From NCBI GenBank assembly GCA_037447435.1, contig JBBIGR010000034.1, positions 1 to 57,473 of the forward strand: a stretch of 57,473 nt of DNA, read 5' to 3'. Shown in pieces: positions 7,877-18,153 of the stretch. The translations under genes and the position numbers were made by a program. Below the pieces are notes generated by a model. The model saw only the letters and a program-made list of their open reading frames with translations, ran no database searches and had not been told where the DNA came from. The DNA comes from Fibrobacteria bacterium (GTDB taxonomy: Bacteria; Fibrobacterota; Chitinivibrionia; Chitinivibrionales; FEN-1185). Position 1 is the first letter of the stretch. The number at the start of each line of letters is the position of its first letter.

Positions 7877-9694
7877 ATGTCAAACCAAGAATTTCCAAGC
7901 TTCAAAGAATATCTTTTGCAATTGCCCGCCGAAGTGGTGTTCACGCATTTTCTCTCGCATGCAGGCCAGTCGCGGAAAATATTGTCTTCATCTTCCGTCA
8001 ACGAAATCGCGCATCAGATGTCTTTGGAAAAATCGGTCAGGGAGCGTTTCGCGCAATTGTCGGCCGAAGCGAAATATCTTTGTTCTCTGGTATATTTGTA
8101 CGGGAAAAGAGGATACAAGGTTCAAAGTGTTTCCGGGTTCGACGATATACTTTTAGCTTCCTTCCTCGTGTATGCGGGAAAAGACGAAACCGGTGTGACT
8201 CACTTGTTCGGGTTTCCCGAATTCGAAACAAAGCTTTCCCTGATGCTCGGCCAAACAATAGTCGAACATTCAAAAAAAGACCCGGCCAAAACCCCGGATT
8301 CGCAAGCATCATTTGCGCCTTTCTGGCTATGCTTATGCGACGTAGTGACGCTTTGTATTTTCGCCTCAAGCGGTTCGTTGAAATTGACAAAAAAAGGCGT
8401 ATTTGCAAAAAATGCGGAAACAGCCCTGAAAAAATTCCTGCATGCTTCGCATGATTTGCCGCAGGAAGCTTCGCAGCGTTTGATTGCAGCCTTGTTTTCG
8501 TATGCTGTGTCGCGCCGGCTTTTATGCAAAGAAAATGAGGAATACGTTTGTTTGTTTTCGGAGGTCCTATCCTGGCTGGCGTTACCGCTTTCGCAACGGT
8601 ATAGGGATTTTTACGATTATTGCGCCGGGGCACTGCCGTTGTGGAGCGATACCATCCTTAGCGGGACGTTTGAGTTGTCGGATGCTCATTGCGTTCGAAT
8701 CGATGCCAAAGATGCGCATATGGAAAAAGATTCTATTCTCGCGATGCACTTTCTGAAGTACCTGGGAAGAATAGAATTGAAAAAAACGGCAAATACCTAC
8801 TGTTTTTCGCAGAATCCCCAATCCATCCCTGCGGAATTGCCACAGTCTTTACCCGTTGCACGGATCATATTACTTGCCGATTTTTCGGCAATTATTACCC
8901 GTGAAGTACTTCCCGAGGAATTGTTTTGGTTTTCCAAGGCCGGGTATTTGGAATCGTACGACCGTGTGTATAAAGGGAAAATATCCAGGCAAACCATCAA
9001 TGATTCCCTCAGCGAAGGTGCAAGCGAACACGACATCGTTTCCTGGTTCGAAACCTGGAATGCACCGGCAAACGTGCTTTCGACGGTCAAGGAATGGATC
9101 AGGGAATTTTCTCGCTTGTATATTTCGAACGAGGCGATAATCGTATCGGTGGAGGAACGCGCCACAAAACAGTTGCTGTCGTATGAACCTTTGGAAAAAC
9201 TGTTCGAGCCGGTAAACGCCCACAGGATTTTCCGCATTCGGCCGGGCAAGGAACCGGAAGTGCGGCATATTCTCGATACCATGGGCTTTGACCCCCGCAT
9301 GCCCAAGATCGGCGAACATAAACGTCATTCCAATCATAGCGACGATGTTACGGCTGCGCTTGCCTATTCGCCGCGCATCGTTCCGGTTGTCAGTTTCGAC
9401 GAGGAGCCGAAAAACGAAACGAGGCAGGTTGTCGCCGGCAAATACGGGCAACAGCTTAAAAAACTTGACATCGGAGATCTTCTGCACGTTTTGGACTATG
9501 CGGCGCTTATGGGGCATGCGGTTTCCTTCGAATACGCCGGCAGCCCGCTTGTCAAAAAAGGAATGCACAAGGTCATTCCCCTCGCGGTTTTTAAGTCGAA
9601 CCAGCCCTACCTCGAAGCGCAGGCAATCGGCAAGCCGGGCAAAAAAAAATTCCTTTTAAAATGCATACTTAAAATCGGAGTCGAACAATCATGA
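7877..9694 (+). CDS. Helicase-associated (Helicase_C_3, XPB-binding/Tfb2-like) domain protein with C-terminal WYL-like domain
   Basis: ADFSAII...ISRQTINDSLSEG...PANVLSTVKEW matches Helicase_C_3. C-terminal VSFEY...VIPLAV...YLEA...KKFLLKCI resembles a WYL fold. No helicase Walker motifs. Confidence 0.75.
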   Translation: MSNQEFPSFKEYLLQLPAEVVFTHFLSHAGQSRKILSSSSVNEIAHQMSLEKSVRERFAQLSAEAKYLCSLVYLYGKRGYKVQSVSGFDDILLASFLVYAGKDETGVTHLFGFPEFETKLSLMLGQTIVEHSKKDPAKTPDSQASFAPFWLCLCDVVTLCIFASSGSLKLTKKGVFAKNAETALKKFLHASHDLPQEASQRLIAALFSYAVSRRLLCKENEEYVCLFSEVLSWLALPLSQRYRDFYDYCAGALPLWSDTILSGTFELSDAHCVRIDAKDAHMEKDSILAMHFLKYLGRIELKKTANTYCFSQNPQSIPAELPQSLPVARIILLADFSAIITREVLPEELFWFSKAGYLESYDRVYKGKISRQTINDSLSEGASEHDIVSWFETWNAPANVLSTVKEWIREFSRLYISNEAIIVSVEERATKQLLSYEPLEKLFEPVNAHRIFRIRPGKEPEVRHILDTMGFDPRMPKIGEHKRHSNHSDDVTAALAYSPRIVPVVSFDEEPKNETRQVVAGKYGQQLKKLDIGDLLHVLDYAALMGHAVSFEYAGSPLVKKGMHKVIPLAVFKSNQPYLEAQAIGKPGKKKFLLKCILKIGVEQS

Positions 9695-12600
9695 CGAAAC
9701 AATGTAATTTCGTCCATTTACATAATCATACCGAATATTCCTTCCTCGACGGCGCAATACGCATCAAAAATCTTGTTGCAAAAGCAAAGTCGTTCGGCAT
9801 GCCGGCCCTTGCAATTACCGATCACGGCGGTATGTTCGGTGCCGTGGAATTCCATGCCGCGTGCCTCAAAGAGGGGATAAAGCCGATCATCGGTTTCGAA
9901 GCCTATGTCGCACCACAATCGCGTTTCGACAAGACCCGATCGGCGGGCGAAGACAATTACCATCATTTGATATTGCTTGCCAAAAACAACGAAGGCTACC
10001 GAAACCTGATGAAACTGTCCTCAATAGGATATCTTGAGGGGTTTTATTACAGGCCCCGTATCGACCTTGAGGCAATACGGGCGCATAGCCAAGGAATTAT
10101 CGCCACAAGCGCCTGCGTGGGAGGTGCCATTCCGCGGGCGTTGCTCGAAGGGAATGTCGAAAAGGCCAAGCGGATTGCCGAGGAATATATCGGCATTTTC
10201 GGGGCCGATAATTTTTATTTCGAATTGCAAAACCACGGTATCGACAAGGAACTTATCGCATTCGACGAACTCATCAAGCTCGGCCGCAGCATGGGTGTTC
10301 CGTTTATCGTCGCCAACGACGCGCATTATCTTAACAAAGAAGATGCCGCTTCGCATGAAGTGCTTTTATGCATTCAAACGCAAACCACGCTCTCGGATCC
10401 GTCGCGCTATAAATTCGGCACCGACGAGATTTATTTCAAATCGCCCGAAGAAATGGCGAAATTGTTTCCCGACATTCCGGAGGCAATGACCAATACGGTC
10501 GATATTGCGCAGCGTTGCAATGTCGAACTCAAGGTGCCTGCACAGCTGCCGAAACCGGGATATCCAACCGGGTTTACTTCCGAAGTCGAATATCTGACGC
10601 ATTTGGCAAAAACAGGACTAAAAGAAAAATATCCGCATATCACTCCCGGTCTCGAAGAACGGCTCGATTATGAGCTTAGTGTGATTTGTAAAATGGGTTT
10701 CGAAGGGTACTTCCTTGTCGTCCGCGATTTCGTCCACGCTGCCGCCGAGTTGAACGTGCTTACGGGATGCCGCGGCTCTGCCGCAGGAAGCCTGGTCGCC
10801 TATACCATAGGAATCACCAGCGTTGATCCCATCAAATTCGATTTGCTGTTCGAACGATTCCTCAATCCCGAGCGTATATCCATGCCCGACGCGGATATAG
10901 ACTTTGCCGACCGCGACCGCTATAAGATTATCGATTATGTGATAAGTAAATATGGCCGGGAGGCGGTGAGCCAAATCATCAACTTTGGCCGAATGAAAGC
11001 GAAAATGGTGGTGCGCGACGTTGCGCGCGTTATGGGAATTTCGGTTGCCGAATCGTCGAAACTGGCGGGCATGGTCGACAAGGACATCGATGATTCCATT
11101 GCGTCTAACGGCGAATTAAAAGAGGCGATCAAGAAAAACCCGGTATATGCCGAATTGTTCAAGCACGCGAAAGTGCTCGAAGGTTTGGCGCGTCAGGCCG
11201 GAATGCATGCCGGCGGCGTCATCATTGCGCCCGGTCCCGTGGTGAGCTGGGCTCCGCTTTTCAAACAGCCCGATTCCGATATCGTCATGACGCAATTCGA
11301 CATGAAATACGTCGAGGAAGTCGGGCTCATCAAGATGGACTTTTTAGGACTCATCACGCTCACGATTCTGTCGGATTCCTTAAAGCTCATCACGCAAAAC
11401 GGCGGACCGCAAATCGATTTATGGAAACTTCCCGATAAAGATCCCGCTACCATGGAGCTTTTCGGCCGCGGCGATACCGTGGGAGTGTTCCAGTTCGAAT
11501 CGCAAGGCATGCAGGACAATTTACGCAAGCTTAAACCGGAAGGTGTCGACGATCTCATCGCTATGAACGCGCTGTATCGCCCCGGCCCGATGGACAATAT
11601 CCCCGTGTACATCCATAGGAAACACGGTCGCGAAAAGGTGTCGTATCCGCATAAAATGATCGAGGACGTTCTCAAAATCACCTATGGTGTTATAATTTAT
11701 CAGGAACAGGTGATGCGAATAGCCCAGGTCATGGGAGGGTTCTCGCTCGGTCAAGCGGATATCCTGCGCAAGGCCATGGGAAAAAAAGACATGGAAAAAA
11801 TGCAGGCCATGGGGAAGAAGTTCATGGAAGGCGCGGCGCGACAGAACATTAATCCCAAGATCGCGCAGGAAGTATTCGACACCATGGCGAAGTTCGCGGA
11901 ATACGGGTTCAACAAGGCGCATGCGACCGTGTATGCGCATGTAGCCTATCAATGCGCGTATCTCAAGGCGCATTATCCCATGGAATTTTTGACCGCAAAC
12001 CTTTCGAGCGTACTATCCGACCAAGACGAATTGTTGACCATAAAGAATGAGGCGGAGCGCATGGGCGTTTCTATTCTGCCGCCCGATGTCAACAAAAGCC
12101 AATTCGAATGCTCGATCGACGAAGGCAAGATCCGCCTCGGTTTGGGCGCCATTAAGAATGTCGGGAAGGCCGCGGAATCGATTTTGGAAGCTCGCAAAGA
12201 AAAGAAAAAATTCTCGAGCATTTTCGAATTGTGCGCATCCGTCGATTTACGCCTTGTCAATAAAAAATGCCTGGAATCCCTGGCCTACGCCGGTGCGCTC
12301 GACAGTTTAAAAGGTAATCGCGCCCAATTGTTTGCGTCGATAGACAATGCCATCGATTACGGCAATTCGTTTCAAAAAGACCGGCAAAGCGGGCAAACGA
12401 GCCTATTCGATTTGGGCGGAACCGAATCGGCCGGCACGCAAAACGCACCCCCCGAACCGCCGCTTGTCAATGTAGAACCCTGGCCGTATAACGAGCTGTT
12501 GACTAAAGAAAAGGACGTGCTCAACTTTTACGTAAGCGGGCATCCGCTCACTCGTTTCCACGACGAAATACGGGGATTTGCCGATATTTCGTTGAAATTG

Positions 12601-13140
12601 GAGGTCCTTGAAAAAGCCAAAGAAGGAACCAATATTACCGTAGGAGGTATCGTCACCACCCTCAAGACCCACATGCAACGCGACGGCAGGCCTATGGCGT
12701 TTTTGGAACTTGAAGATTTCGACGGTTCGATAGAGCTTCTTGCGTTTGGAGACGCCTATGAAAAATTCAAGACGCTTTTAACGCCCGATTCCATGATTTT
12801 GGTCAGGGGGCAGGTTTCTGTTCGTGAAGGCGACAAAAAGCCCAAACTCAAGGTGGACAATGTCATCGCCCTTGCCGATACACGGGAAAAGCTTGCCAAA
12901 ACCGTCCATATCCGATTGGTTACCCAAGGGCTGGAGGAGCCGTTTCTGCGCGATGTTTTCGAGGACTGCTCTAAGTACAAAGGAGAATGCGGGCTCATCA
13001 TCCATATCACGACCCAGGAACAGAACGAATATAAAATAAAGTCCCAAAAAATTGCCGTCAATCCCAAAGCCGAAACCATCGATTCCTTACGGGAGAGACT
13101 TGGAAAGGAAAATGTATGGTTGAGCAAGAGCGCGGCATAA
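9691..13140 (+). CDS. dnaE: DNA polymerase III subunit alpha
   Basis: PHP domain HLHNHTEYSFLDG, RGSAAGS, MPDADIDF, KMDFLGL, YGFNKAHA, OB fold. Typical length, no intein. Confidence 0.99.
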   Translation: MTKQCNFVHLHNHTEYSFLDGAIRIKNLVAKAKSFGMPALAITDHGGMFGAVEFHAACLKEGIKPIIGFEAYVAPQSRFDKTRSAGEDNYHHLILLAKNNEGYRNLMKLSSIGYLEGFYYRPRIDLEAIRAHSQGIIATSACVGGAIPRALLEGNVEKAKRIAEEYIGIFGADNFYFELQNHGIDKELIAFDELIKLGRSMGVPFIVANDAHYLNKEDAASHEVLLCIQTQTTLSDPSRYKFGTDEIYFKSPEEMAKLFPDIPEAMTNTVDIAQRCNVELKVPAQLPKPGYPTGFTSEVEYLTHLAKTGLKEKYPHITPGLEERLDYELSVICKMGFEGYFLVVRDFVHAAAELNVLTGCRGSAAGSLVAYTIGITSVDPIKFDLLFERFLNPERISMPDADIDFADRDRYKIIDYVISKYGREAVSQIINFGRMKAKMVVRDVARVMGISVAESSKLAGMVDKDIDDSIASNGELKEAIKKNPVYAELFKHAKVLEGLARQAGMHAGGVIIAPGPVVSWAPLFKQPDSDIVMTQFDMKYVEEVGLIKMDFLGLITLTILSDSLKLITQNGGPQIDLWKLPDKDPATMELFGRGDTVGVFQFESQGMQDNLRKLKPEGVDDLIAMNALYRPGPMDNIPVYIHRKHGREKVSYPHKMIEDVLKITYGVIIYQEQVMRIAQVMGGFSLGQADILRKAMGKKDMEKMQAMGKKFMEGAARQNINPKIAQEVFDTMAKFAEYGFNKAHATVYAHVAYQCAYLKAHYPMEFLTANLSSVLSDQDELLTIKNEAERMGVSILPPDVNKSQFECSIDEGKIRLGLGAIKNVGKAAESILEARKEKKKFSSIFELCASVDLRLVNKKCLESLAYAGALDSLKGNRAQLFASIDNAIDYGNSFQKDRQSGQTSLFDLGGTESAGTQNAPPEPPLVNVEPWPYNELLTKEKDVLNFYVSGHPLTRFHDEIRGFADISLKLEVLEKAKEGTNITVGGIVTTLKTHMQRDGRPMAFLELEDFDGSIELLAFGDAYEKFKTLLTPDSMILVRGQVSVREGDKKPKLKVDNVIALADTREKLAKTVHIRLVTQGLEEPFLRDVFEDCSKYKGECGLIIHITTQEQNEYKIKSQKIAVNPKAETIDSLRERLGKENVWLSKSAA

Positions 13141-13886
13141 GCATAAAGGATATTTTGCTTTTTCCATATCGCTTTTTCGTGGCAACATGGATGATTTTCA
13201 GCGCCATAACGTATAGTAGCCTGGTCATTGTACTGATGCCGATTTCCAAAAAGGCCTCAAAACAGGCGGGTCGGTTATGGATGAAACACCTGCTTTTTTT
13301 CAGCCGCGTTTCGGTGCGCACCTTCGGTTCCGAAAAGCTCGCAAAAGACAAGCATTACATCTTTATCGCAAATCATCAAAGCTATTACGATATCCCTGTT
13401 TTATTTGCCGGATTGCCCTTTTTTCTGGGGTTTATTGCGAAAAAACAATTGTTCCAAATCCCCATTTTCGGCTGGGCAATGGCCGCGGTCGGCCATATCT
13501 GGATAGACCGCGACAACGCTCGAAAAGCAAGACAGTCTATTTCGCGCGCGGTCGCCAAGCTTAATAAGGAAAACATATCGCTGGTACTTTTCCCCGAAGG
13601 CACCCGGAGTTCGGGCGAGGGGCTCGGCGCATTCAAACGGGGAAGTTTTACGCTTGCAATCGAGGCAGGGGTTGCGGTTGTGCCCGTGTCTATCGTTGGC
13701 GCCGAAACGATCCTTGCCAAACGATCGTTAAGGCTTATGGCCGGAAAAGTGCATATCATCATCGGCGATCCTATTCCGCATTCGGTTATCGAAGGTCTGG
13801 ATAAAAATCAAATATCGGCATTGGTGAGAGAAAAAATGGTCGACGGCATTTCGATGGGTAAGAATGAGGTTTTAAAAAACGCGTAA
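13116..13886 (+). CDS. plsC: 1-acyl-sn-glycerol-3-phosphate acyltransferase (PlsC family), copy 1
   Basis: NHQSYYD and FPEGTRS motifs; overlaps the end of dnaE. Confidence 0.9.
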   Translation: MVEQERGISIKDILLFPYRFFVATWMIFSAITYSSLVIVLMPISKKASKQAGRLWMKHLLFFSRVSVRTFGSEKLAKDKHYIFIANHQSYYDIPVLFAGLPFFLGFIAKKQLFQIPIFGWAMAAVGHIWIDRDNARKARQSISRAVAKLNKENISLVLFPEGTRSSGEGLGAFKRGSFTLAIEAGVAVVPVSIVGAETILAKRSLRLMAGKVHIIIGDPIPHSVIEGLDKNQISALVREKMVDGISMGKNEVLKNA

Positions 13887-13890
13887 GGAC

Positions 13891-14685
13891 ATGGTGTCGG
13901 GGTTTTCAATGGAATCAAACGCTGGATCTTTTGCTTTCAATAGAACGGCCCATAAACCGGTCGGAACCGGGACGATACTTCACAATATCGTCATTTACAT
14001 TTGGGTAACAATCAGTACGATCGTCTACGGATCTATCACGATATTCCTTTCCATTTTCAATACGCGGATCGCCCGGTATATCGCGCATTTATGGTGCCTG
14101 CATCTTTTGGTCCTCTGCGGTGTCAAGGTAACGACCAAAGGTGCGCAGAAGCTTTCCCCAAAAGAGAGGTATGTGTTTATTGCCAATCATCAGAGCTTTT
14201 TCGATATACCCACCTTGTATGCGGGGCTTCCGTATTCGCTGAGTTTCATTGCGAAAAAAGAACTGTTTTTCATTCCGTTTTTCGGCTGGGGAATCGCGGC
14301 GATCGGCCATATCTGGATAGACCGCGACAACGCGCGACGGGCAAGAAAATCAATTACGCGGGCAATTGAGAAATTAAAACGCCGTGGAATTTGCCTGGTG
14401 CTGTTTCCCGAAGGAACGCGAAGTATTACCGGTGAAGTTTCGGATTTCAAACGGGGCAGTGTTACCCTTGCCTTTGAGGCGGGCGTACCGGTTGTACCGG
14501 TGTCGATTTGCGGAACGCGGGATGTCTTGCCCAAGAAAACGATGTTGTTTCGCGCACGAAAGACAACTCTGATTATCGGGGATCCGGTTTACCCGAGCGA
14601 ATTGGCGACAATGGATAAACAGACGTTGTCCGATACAATCCGGCAGCGGATTATCGCCGGGTTGAAGCCCACGGAAGCAAATTAA
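13891..14685 (+). CDS. plsC: 1-acyl-sn-glycerol-3-phosphate acyltransferase (PlsC family), copy 2
   Basis: NHQSFFD and FPEGTRS motifs; tandem paralog; RBS AAGGA. Confidence 0.9.
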   Translation: MVSGFSMESNAGSFAFNRTAHKPVGTGTILHNIVIYIWVTISTIVYGSITIFLSIFNTRIARYIAHLWCLHLLVLCGVKVTTKGAQKLSPKERYVFIANHQSFFDIPTLYAGLPYSLSFIAKKELFFIPFFGWGIAAIGHIWIDRDNARRARKSITRAIEKLKRRGICLVLFPEGTRSITGEVSDFKRGSVTLAFEAGVPVVPVSICGTRDVLPKKTMLFRARKTTLIIGDPVYPSELATMDKQTLSDTIRQRIIAGLKPTEAN

Positions 14686-15137
14686 GCCGTTGCCTCCGCC
14701 TTCGCATCCAGAACGAATGTCACGGGGCCGTCGTTGACCAGGTTCACATCCATCATCGCCCCGAAGACGCCGGTAGCGGCCTGCGGAATCGATTCCTTGA
14801 TTTTTGCAACGAAATAGTCGTAAAGTTCCTTGCCGGGGCCCGGCGCCGCAGCTTCGGTAAAGCTCGGACGCTTTCCTTTTGAACAATCACCATAGAGGGT
14901 GAATTGAGAAACGACAAGCACGCCGCCGCCCACCTCACATAAAGACAAATTCATTTTTTGGTTTTCATCGGAAAAAATCCGCAAGCCCAGGCATTTATCA
15001 ATCAGATAATCCGCTTGTTGCCGGGAGTCGCTTTTGTGTATGCCTAAAAGGATAAGTATGCCATGGTCAATTTGACCGACAATATCCGAATTGACGGAAA
15101 CGGAAGCTTTTTTGACTCGTTGAAGGACGGCGCGCAA
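14682..15137 (-). CDS. dtd: D-aminoacyl-tRNA deacylase
   Basis: MRAVLQRV start (TTG), SQFTL and NDGPVT signature motifs. Confidence 0.97.
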   Translation of the reverse strand: MRAVLQRVKKASVSVNSDIVGQIDHGILILLGIHKSDSRQQADYLIDKCLGLRIFSDENQKMNLSLCEVGGGVLVVSQFTLYGDCSKGKRPSFTEAAAPGPGKELYDYFVAKIKESIPQAATGVFGAMMDVNLVNDGPVTFVLDAKAEATA

Positions 15138-15153
15138 ATTCCCACCCCGGGCC

Positions 15154-15783
15154 TTACATGATTATCCTGAAACCGGCCTTGATTCCGACGCCGCTCATGT
15201 CGAAACGATTGAATCCTTTGTCGGTATCGTTCGTTCTCGTGTCTGCCCATTGATATTCCATACCTAAAAAGAGCGAACTATTTTCTCCTATGTTGTATAA
15301 AGCGTCGGCGCCGACCTTAATGATAAGGCCGTAAAAATACGGGCTCACCGTGTTCTGGACAGCCTGGGATTTTGCATCGGTAGAATCCGTCTTCACATTG
15401 CGTATCATGGAATTATAGCCGATTTGAAAACGGGCAACCGGATGAACTATAAGTTTGGGTACCGGATCAATGAAGAAAAAACCCATTATGGGAAACATGA
15501 AACTCTTTTCTTCGGTTTTTCGGAAATAGGTGTTTGTTGCGCTGTTTAACGTATCTTGCGTACGTACGTTCCATAAAAAATCCGCAGCCAAACCAAAGCC
15601 TACTTTTTTATCAATAATCATTCCATAATCGAGTCCTGCATCCCAGGAGGCTGATTCGGTCGAAAGCAAGCCTTGAGGCCAGGATGGACCGATTTTTAAG
15701 GAAAACAGAGTTTGTGCGTGAGATGACCCCAAAACACCCAAAATGCTTGCGACAAAAAGTGCTGTTTTTAATGTATTTCGCAT
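15154..15783 (-). CDS. Outer-membrane beta-barrel protein (small OmpA/OmpW-like barrel)
   Basis: Signal peptide MRNTLKTALF...SHA, RBS AAGGGA, alternating amphipathic strands, C-terminal GVGIKAGFRIIM. Confidence 0.75.
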   Translation of the reverse strand: MRNTLKTALFVASILGVLGSSHAQTLFSLKIGPSWPQGLLSTESASWDAGLDYGMIIDKKVGFGLAADFLWNVRTQDTLNSATNTYFRKTEEKSFMFPIMGFFFIDPVPKLIVHPVARFQIGYNSMIRNVKTDSTDAKSQAVQNTVSPYFYGLIIKVGADALYNIGENSSLFLGMEYQWADTRTNDTDKGFNRFDMSGVGIKAGFRIIM

Positions 15784-15967
15784 GATTTCCCTTTCAAATA
15801 AATTCTTTTTATCCCAATACGTAATAAAAGGAACACCGTCATAGTCTAATATACTAAATAGACCTTGTTGGGAGGGATGGCAATTTGAAGACCAAGATAT
15901 CAAAAAAAGTGGCCTTGATTTATTTTATATACGGATGCACCTTTTACTCCTTAACAAGGAAACCCAT

Positions 15968-16873
15968 ATGAAACGGCTTGGATTTTTGATATTCGGCGTT
16001 TTTCTTTTTACCGGTTGCTATACGCAATTTGCCACCATGGACAGGCTTGGTGAAAACCAATACATCCCGCCTGATTCTCTTGCGGCAAACGATAGTGGAA
16101 AAGTCGTTATTAGAGACACGGTGCGTGTAAACGATAGGGAAGTTTGTTACTGGACACGCGATATTTGGGGTAGGCCGGAACTGCGTTGTGAAGATTCATA
16201 TTACGGCCGCGATTGGTATCGCTATAATTCTTATCCGTGGTGGAACAGGTCTTCGGGGTATTTATACGGCGATTATAACTATTACGGTTTCGATGAACCT
16301 TGTCCGGCATACTATTATTACGATTATTCCTGCGGCGCATGCCGTTATTACAGCAGTTATTCGGGCGGACATAGGGATTGGTGGTGGAATACGGGCTCCG
16401 GTTCTGGGGCAAGCTCAGGGGCCTCATCCTCAACTATTCCGTCACGATCGCGAAATACCAGGACAGAAGGAATTCCTACCGCTTCACAGCGCACGGGTGC
16501 TCCATCATCTACATTATCAAAAAACGCAACGACCCAACCTGCAACTGGTTCTTCAACGCAAAATGCAACGAACCAACCCTTGACTCCTGCTCAAAGGGTT
16601 CGGAATACGAGGACGGAGGGGATTCCTACGTCTTCCGAAATTTATGAGGCGCCCAAAGTCGATCCCGCGGTAAGGGACTTAAATAAGCAAATTGAAGCGG
16701 AAAGGGTACAACAGCCGCCGTCGCAACCCGCGGAACAGCCGCAGGTCCAACCTGCGCAGCAAAGTTCGCAACCTTCTCCACAACAGGATGCAACACCGCA
16801 GCGTGATCGGTCAAACAACGATAATTCATCGGGAAACAATGGTAGAGACCGTAGAAATTCAAGGGGTTGGTAA
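15968..16873 (+). CDS. Lipoprotein with Tyr/Trp/Cys-rich core and disordered S/T/Q/P/N-rich tail
   Basis: Lipobox LFTGC, RBS AAGGA. Internal repeat RNTRTEGIPT twice (16451-16480, 16601-16630). Confidence 0.8.
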   Translation: MKRLGFLIFGVFLFTGCYTQFATMDRLGENQYIPPDSLAANDSGKVVIRDTVRVNDREVCYWTRDIWGRPELRCEDSYYGRDWYRYNSYPWWNRSSGYLYGDYNYYGFDEPCPAYYYYDYSCGACRYYSSYSGGHRDWWWNTGSGSGASSGASSSTIPSRSRNTRTEGIPTASQRTGAPSSTLSKNATTQPATGSSTQNATNQPLTPAQRVRNTRTEGIPTSSEIYEAPKVDPAVRDLNKQIEAERVQQPPSQPAEQPQVQPAQQSSQPSPQQDATPQRDRSNNDNSSGNNGRDRRNSRGW

Positions 16874-18153
16874 TGAAACAAAAATTCGTATTGTCTGTTC
16901 TCACGGCGTCTGTAATCCTTACAGGAATTTGCTTCGGTCAAATCGAGGTCGTGCATAATACCGGCGTCGGCACGCGTGCCTATGCCTTGGGAAATAACTT
17001 TGTGGCCTTGTCAAACGACCAATCCGGGATGTATTACAATCCCGCCGGCCTGGCGTTTGTTCCTTCGCGGGAATTCCAGATTTCTTTGGACGTTCTTTCG
17101 CAAAGAGCAAACACCGATTTCAACGGCGAATCCGAAACGTCGGTAGTCCAGCGTTTGCGGCTGGCGAATATCGGGTACCTGCATGCCTTCCCGACAAGTC
17201 AGGGCGGTTTCACCATGGCGGCGGCATTTCAAAGCCCCATTACTTTCGATGACGTTCGTAAATTTTCGGGCAATTACCAGACGCTTCCGCCTTTATCCAA
17301 AACCGTCAATGTCAGCCGGGACGAAACAAACTACGGCGCTCTTAATTATTGGATCGGGAGTTTTGGTTTGCAGGTGGCCGAGGGGTTGGGTATCGGCGCA
17401 TCGGTATCGTTTGTTTCCGGCGGAGAAGATGGAAGAAACATTTTTTACCGCGATACGGCCGGGCATCTTGGCGACAGCCTTTACGACGATTATGATCGCA
17501 CCGTATCCAGATCCTATGCCGGATACGATGTTCGATTGGGACTACTGTATAATTTCGCAAAGCGTTTTAATTTCGGTGTCCGGGTCGTGTTACCCCAAAC
17601 CGTTTGGTTTACGGAAGATATGACCGAAGTAAACCCGCATTCACCAAGCTTCGGCGAATACACATATCCTACTGCCAAAGGAAGGTTGTTTTCATCATAT
17701 TCAGGGGCGGCCGGTGTTTCCGGAACATTCTCATTCCTGACCTTTACGACCGAATTCCGCGCTCGTGCGCCGTACACCTTTGCCTATCCTGCAGAGAGAA
17801 TTCCAAGCACAAGTCTTGCCGCAAAAACGGTTTACGGTGCAGGAATCGGGCTTGAAGTGCCCGTGTTCGTGAACACGACGCTTTTTAGGGCCGGCTATTC
17901 ATGGGACCAATTCGATACCCATTTTTTTGCAAGCCAATACGACGATCCAAAATTGCCTGCAAACTGGGACCCGCAAGGCGAAGTTCCCAAGGGTGACCAG
18001 CATCTTATTACCCTCGGTCTGGCTTTTCTCATGAAAAACGCTTGTTTGGAATTTTCGTACGGTTACAATTTCTGGAGTCTCGAAACAAACAATATTTTGA
18101 CAGAAGATCATGCGCAAAATAGGGTCGTCGCATCTTTATCATTCAGGTTCTAA
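16873..18153 (+). CDS. OmpP1/FadL (PorV/PorQ-related) outer-membrane beta-barrel
   Basis: Signature GTRAYALGN...YYNPAGLA, signal peptide, C-terminal Phe (LSFRF). TAATG coupling to the lipoprotein. Confidence 0.8.
   Translation: MKQKFVLSVLTASVILTGICFGQIEVVHNTGVGTRAYALGNNFVALSNDQSGMYYNPAGLAFVPSREFQISLDVLSQRANTDFNGESETSVVQRLRLANIGYLHAFPTSQGGFTMAAAFQSPITFDDVRKFSGNYQTLPPLSKTVNVSRDETNYGALNYWIGSFGLQVAEGLGIGASVSFVSGGEDGRNIFYRDTAGHLGDSLYDDYDRTVSRSYAGYDVRLGLLYNFAKRFNFGVRVVLPQTVWFTEDMTEVNPHSPSFGEYTYPTAKGRLFSSYSGAAGVSGTFSFLTFTTEFRARAPYTFAYPAERIPSTSLAAKTVYGAGIGLEVPVFVNTTLFRAGYSWDQFDTHFFASQYDDPKLPANWDPQGEVPKGDQHLITLGLAFLMKNACLEFSYGYNFWSLETNNILTEDHAQNRVVASLSFRF

Noticed and set aside
8870..9568. Long antisense ORFs (e.g. 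8870..9568, 21447..22148, 32050..32895, 18170..18625)
   Set aside because: They lie opposite well-supported genes, have no recognisable motifs, and are expected shadows of codon bias.
9691..13140. Possible intein or split in dnaE
   Set aside because: The ORF is continuous and of normal length, with no intein splice motifs noticed.
16700..16860. Q/P-rich quasi-repeats as a DNA tandem repeat or CRISPR
   Set aside because: Low-complexity coding sequence with no fixed repeat-spacer period. No CRISPR array, tRNA or rRNA was recognised anywhere in the window.
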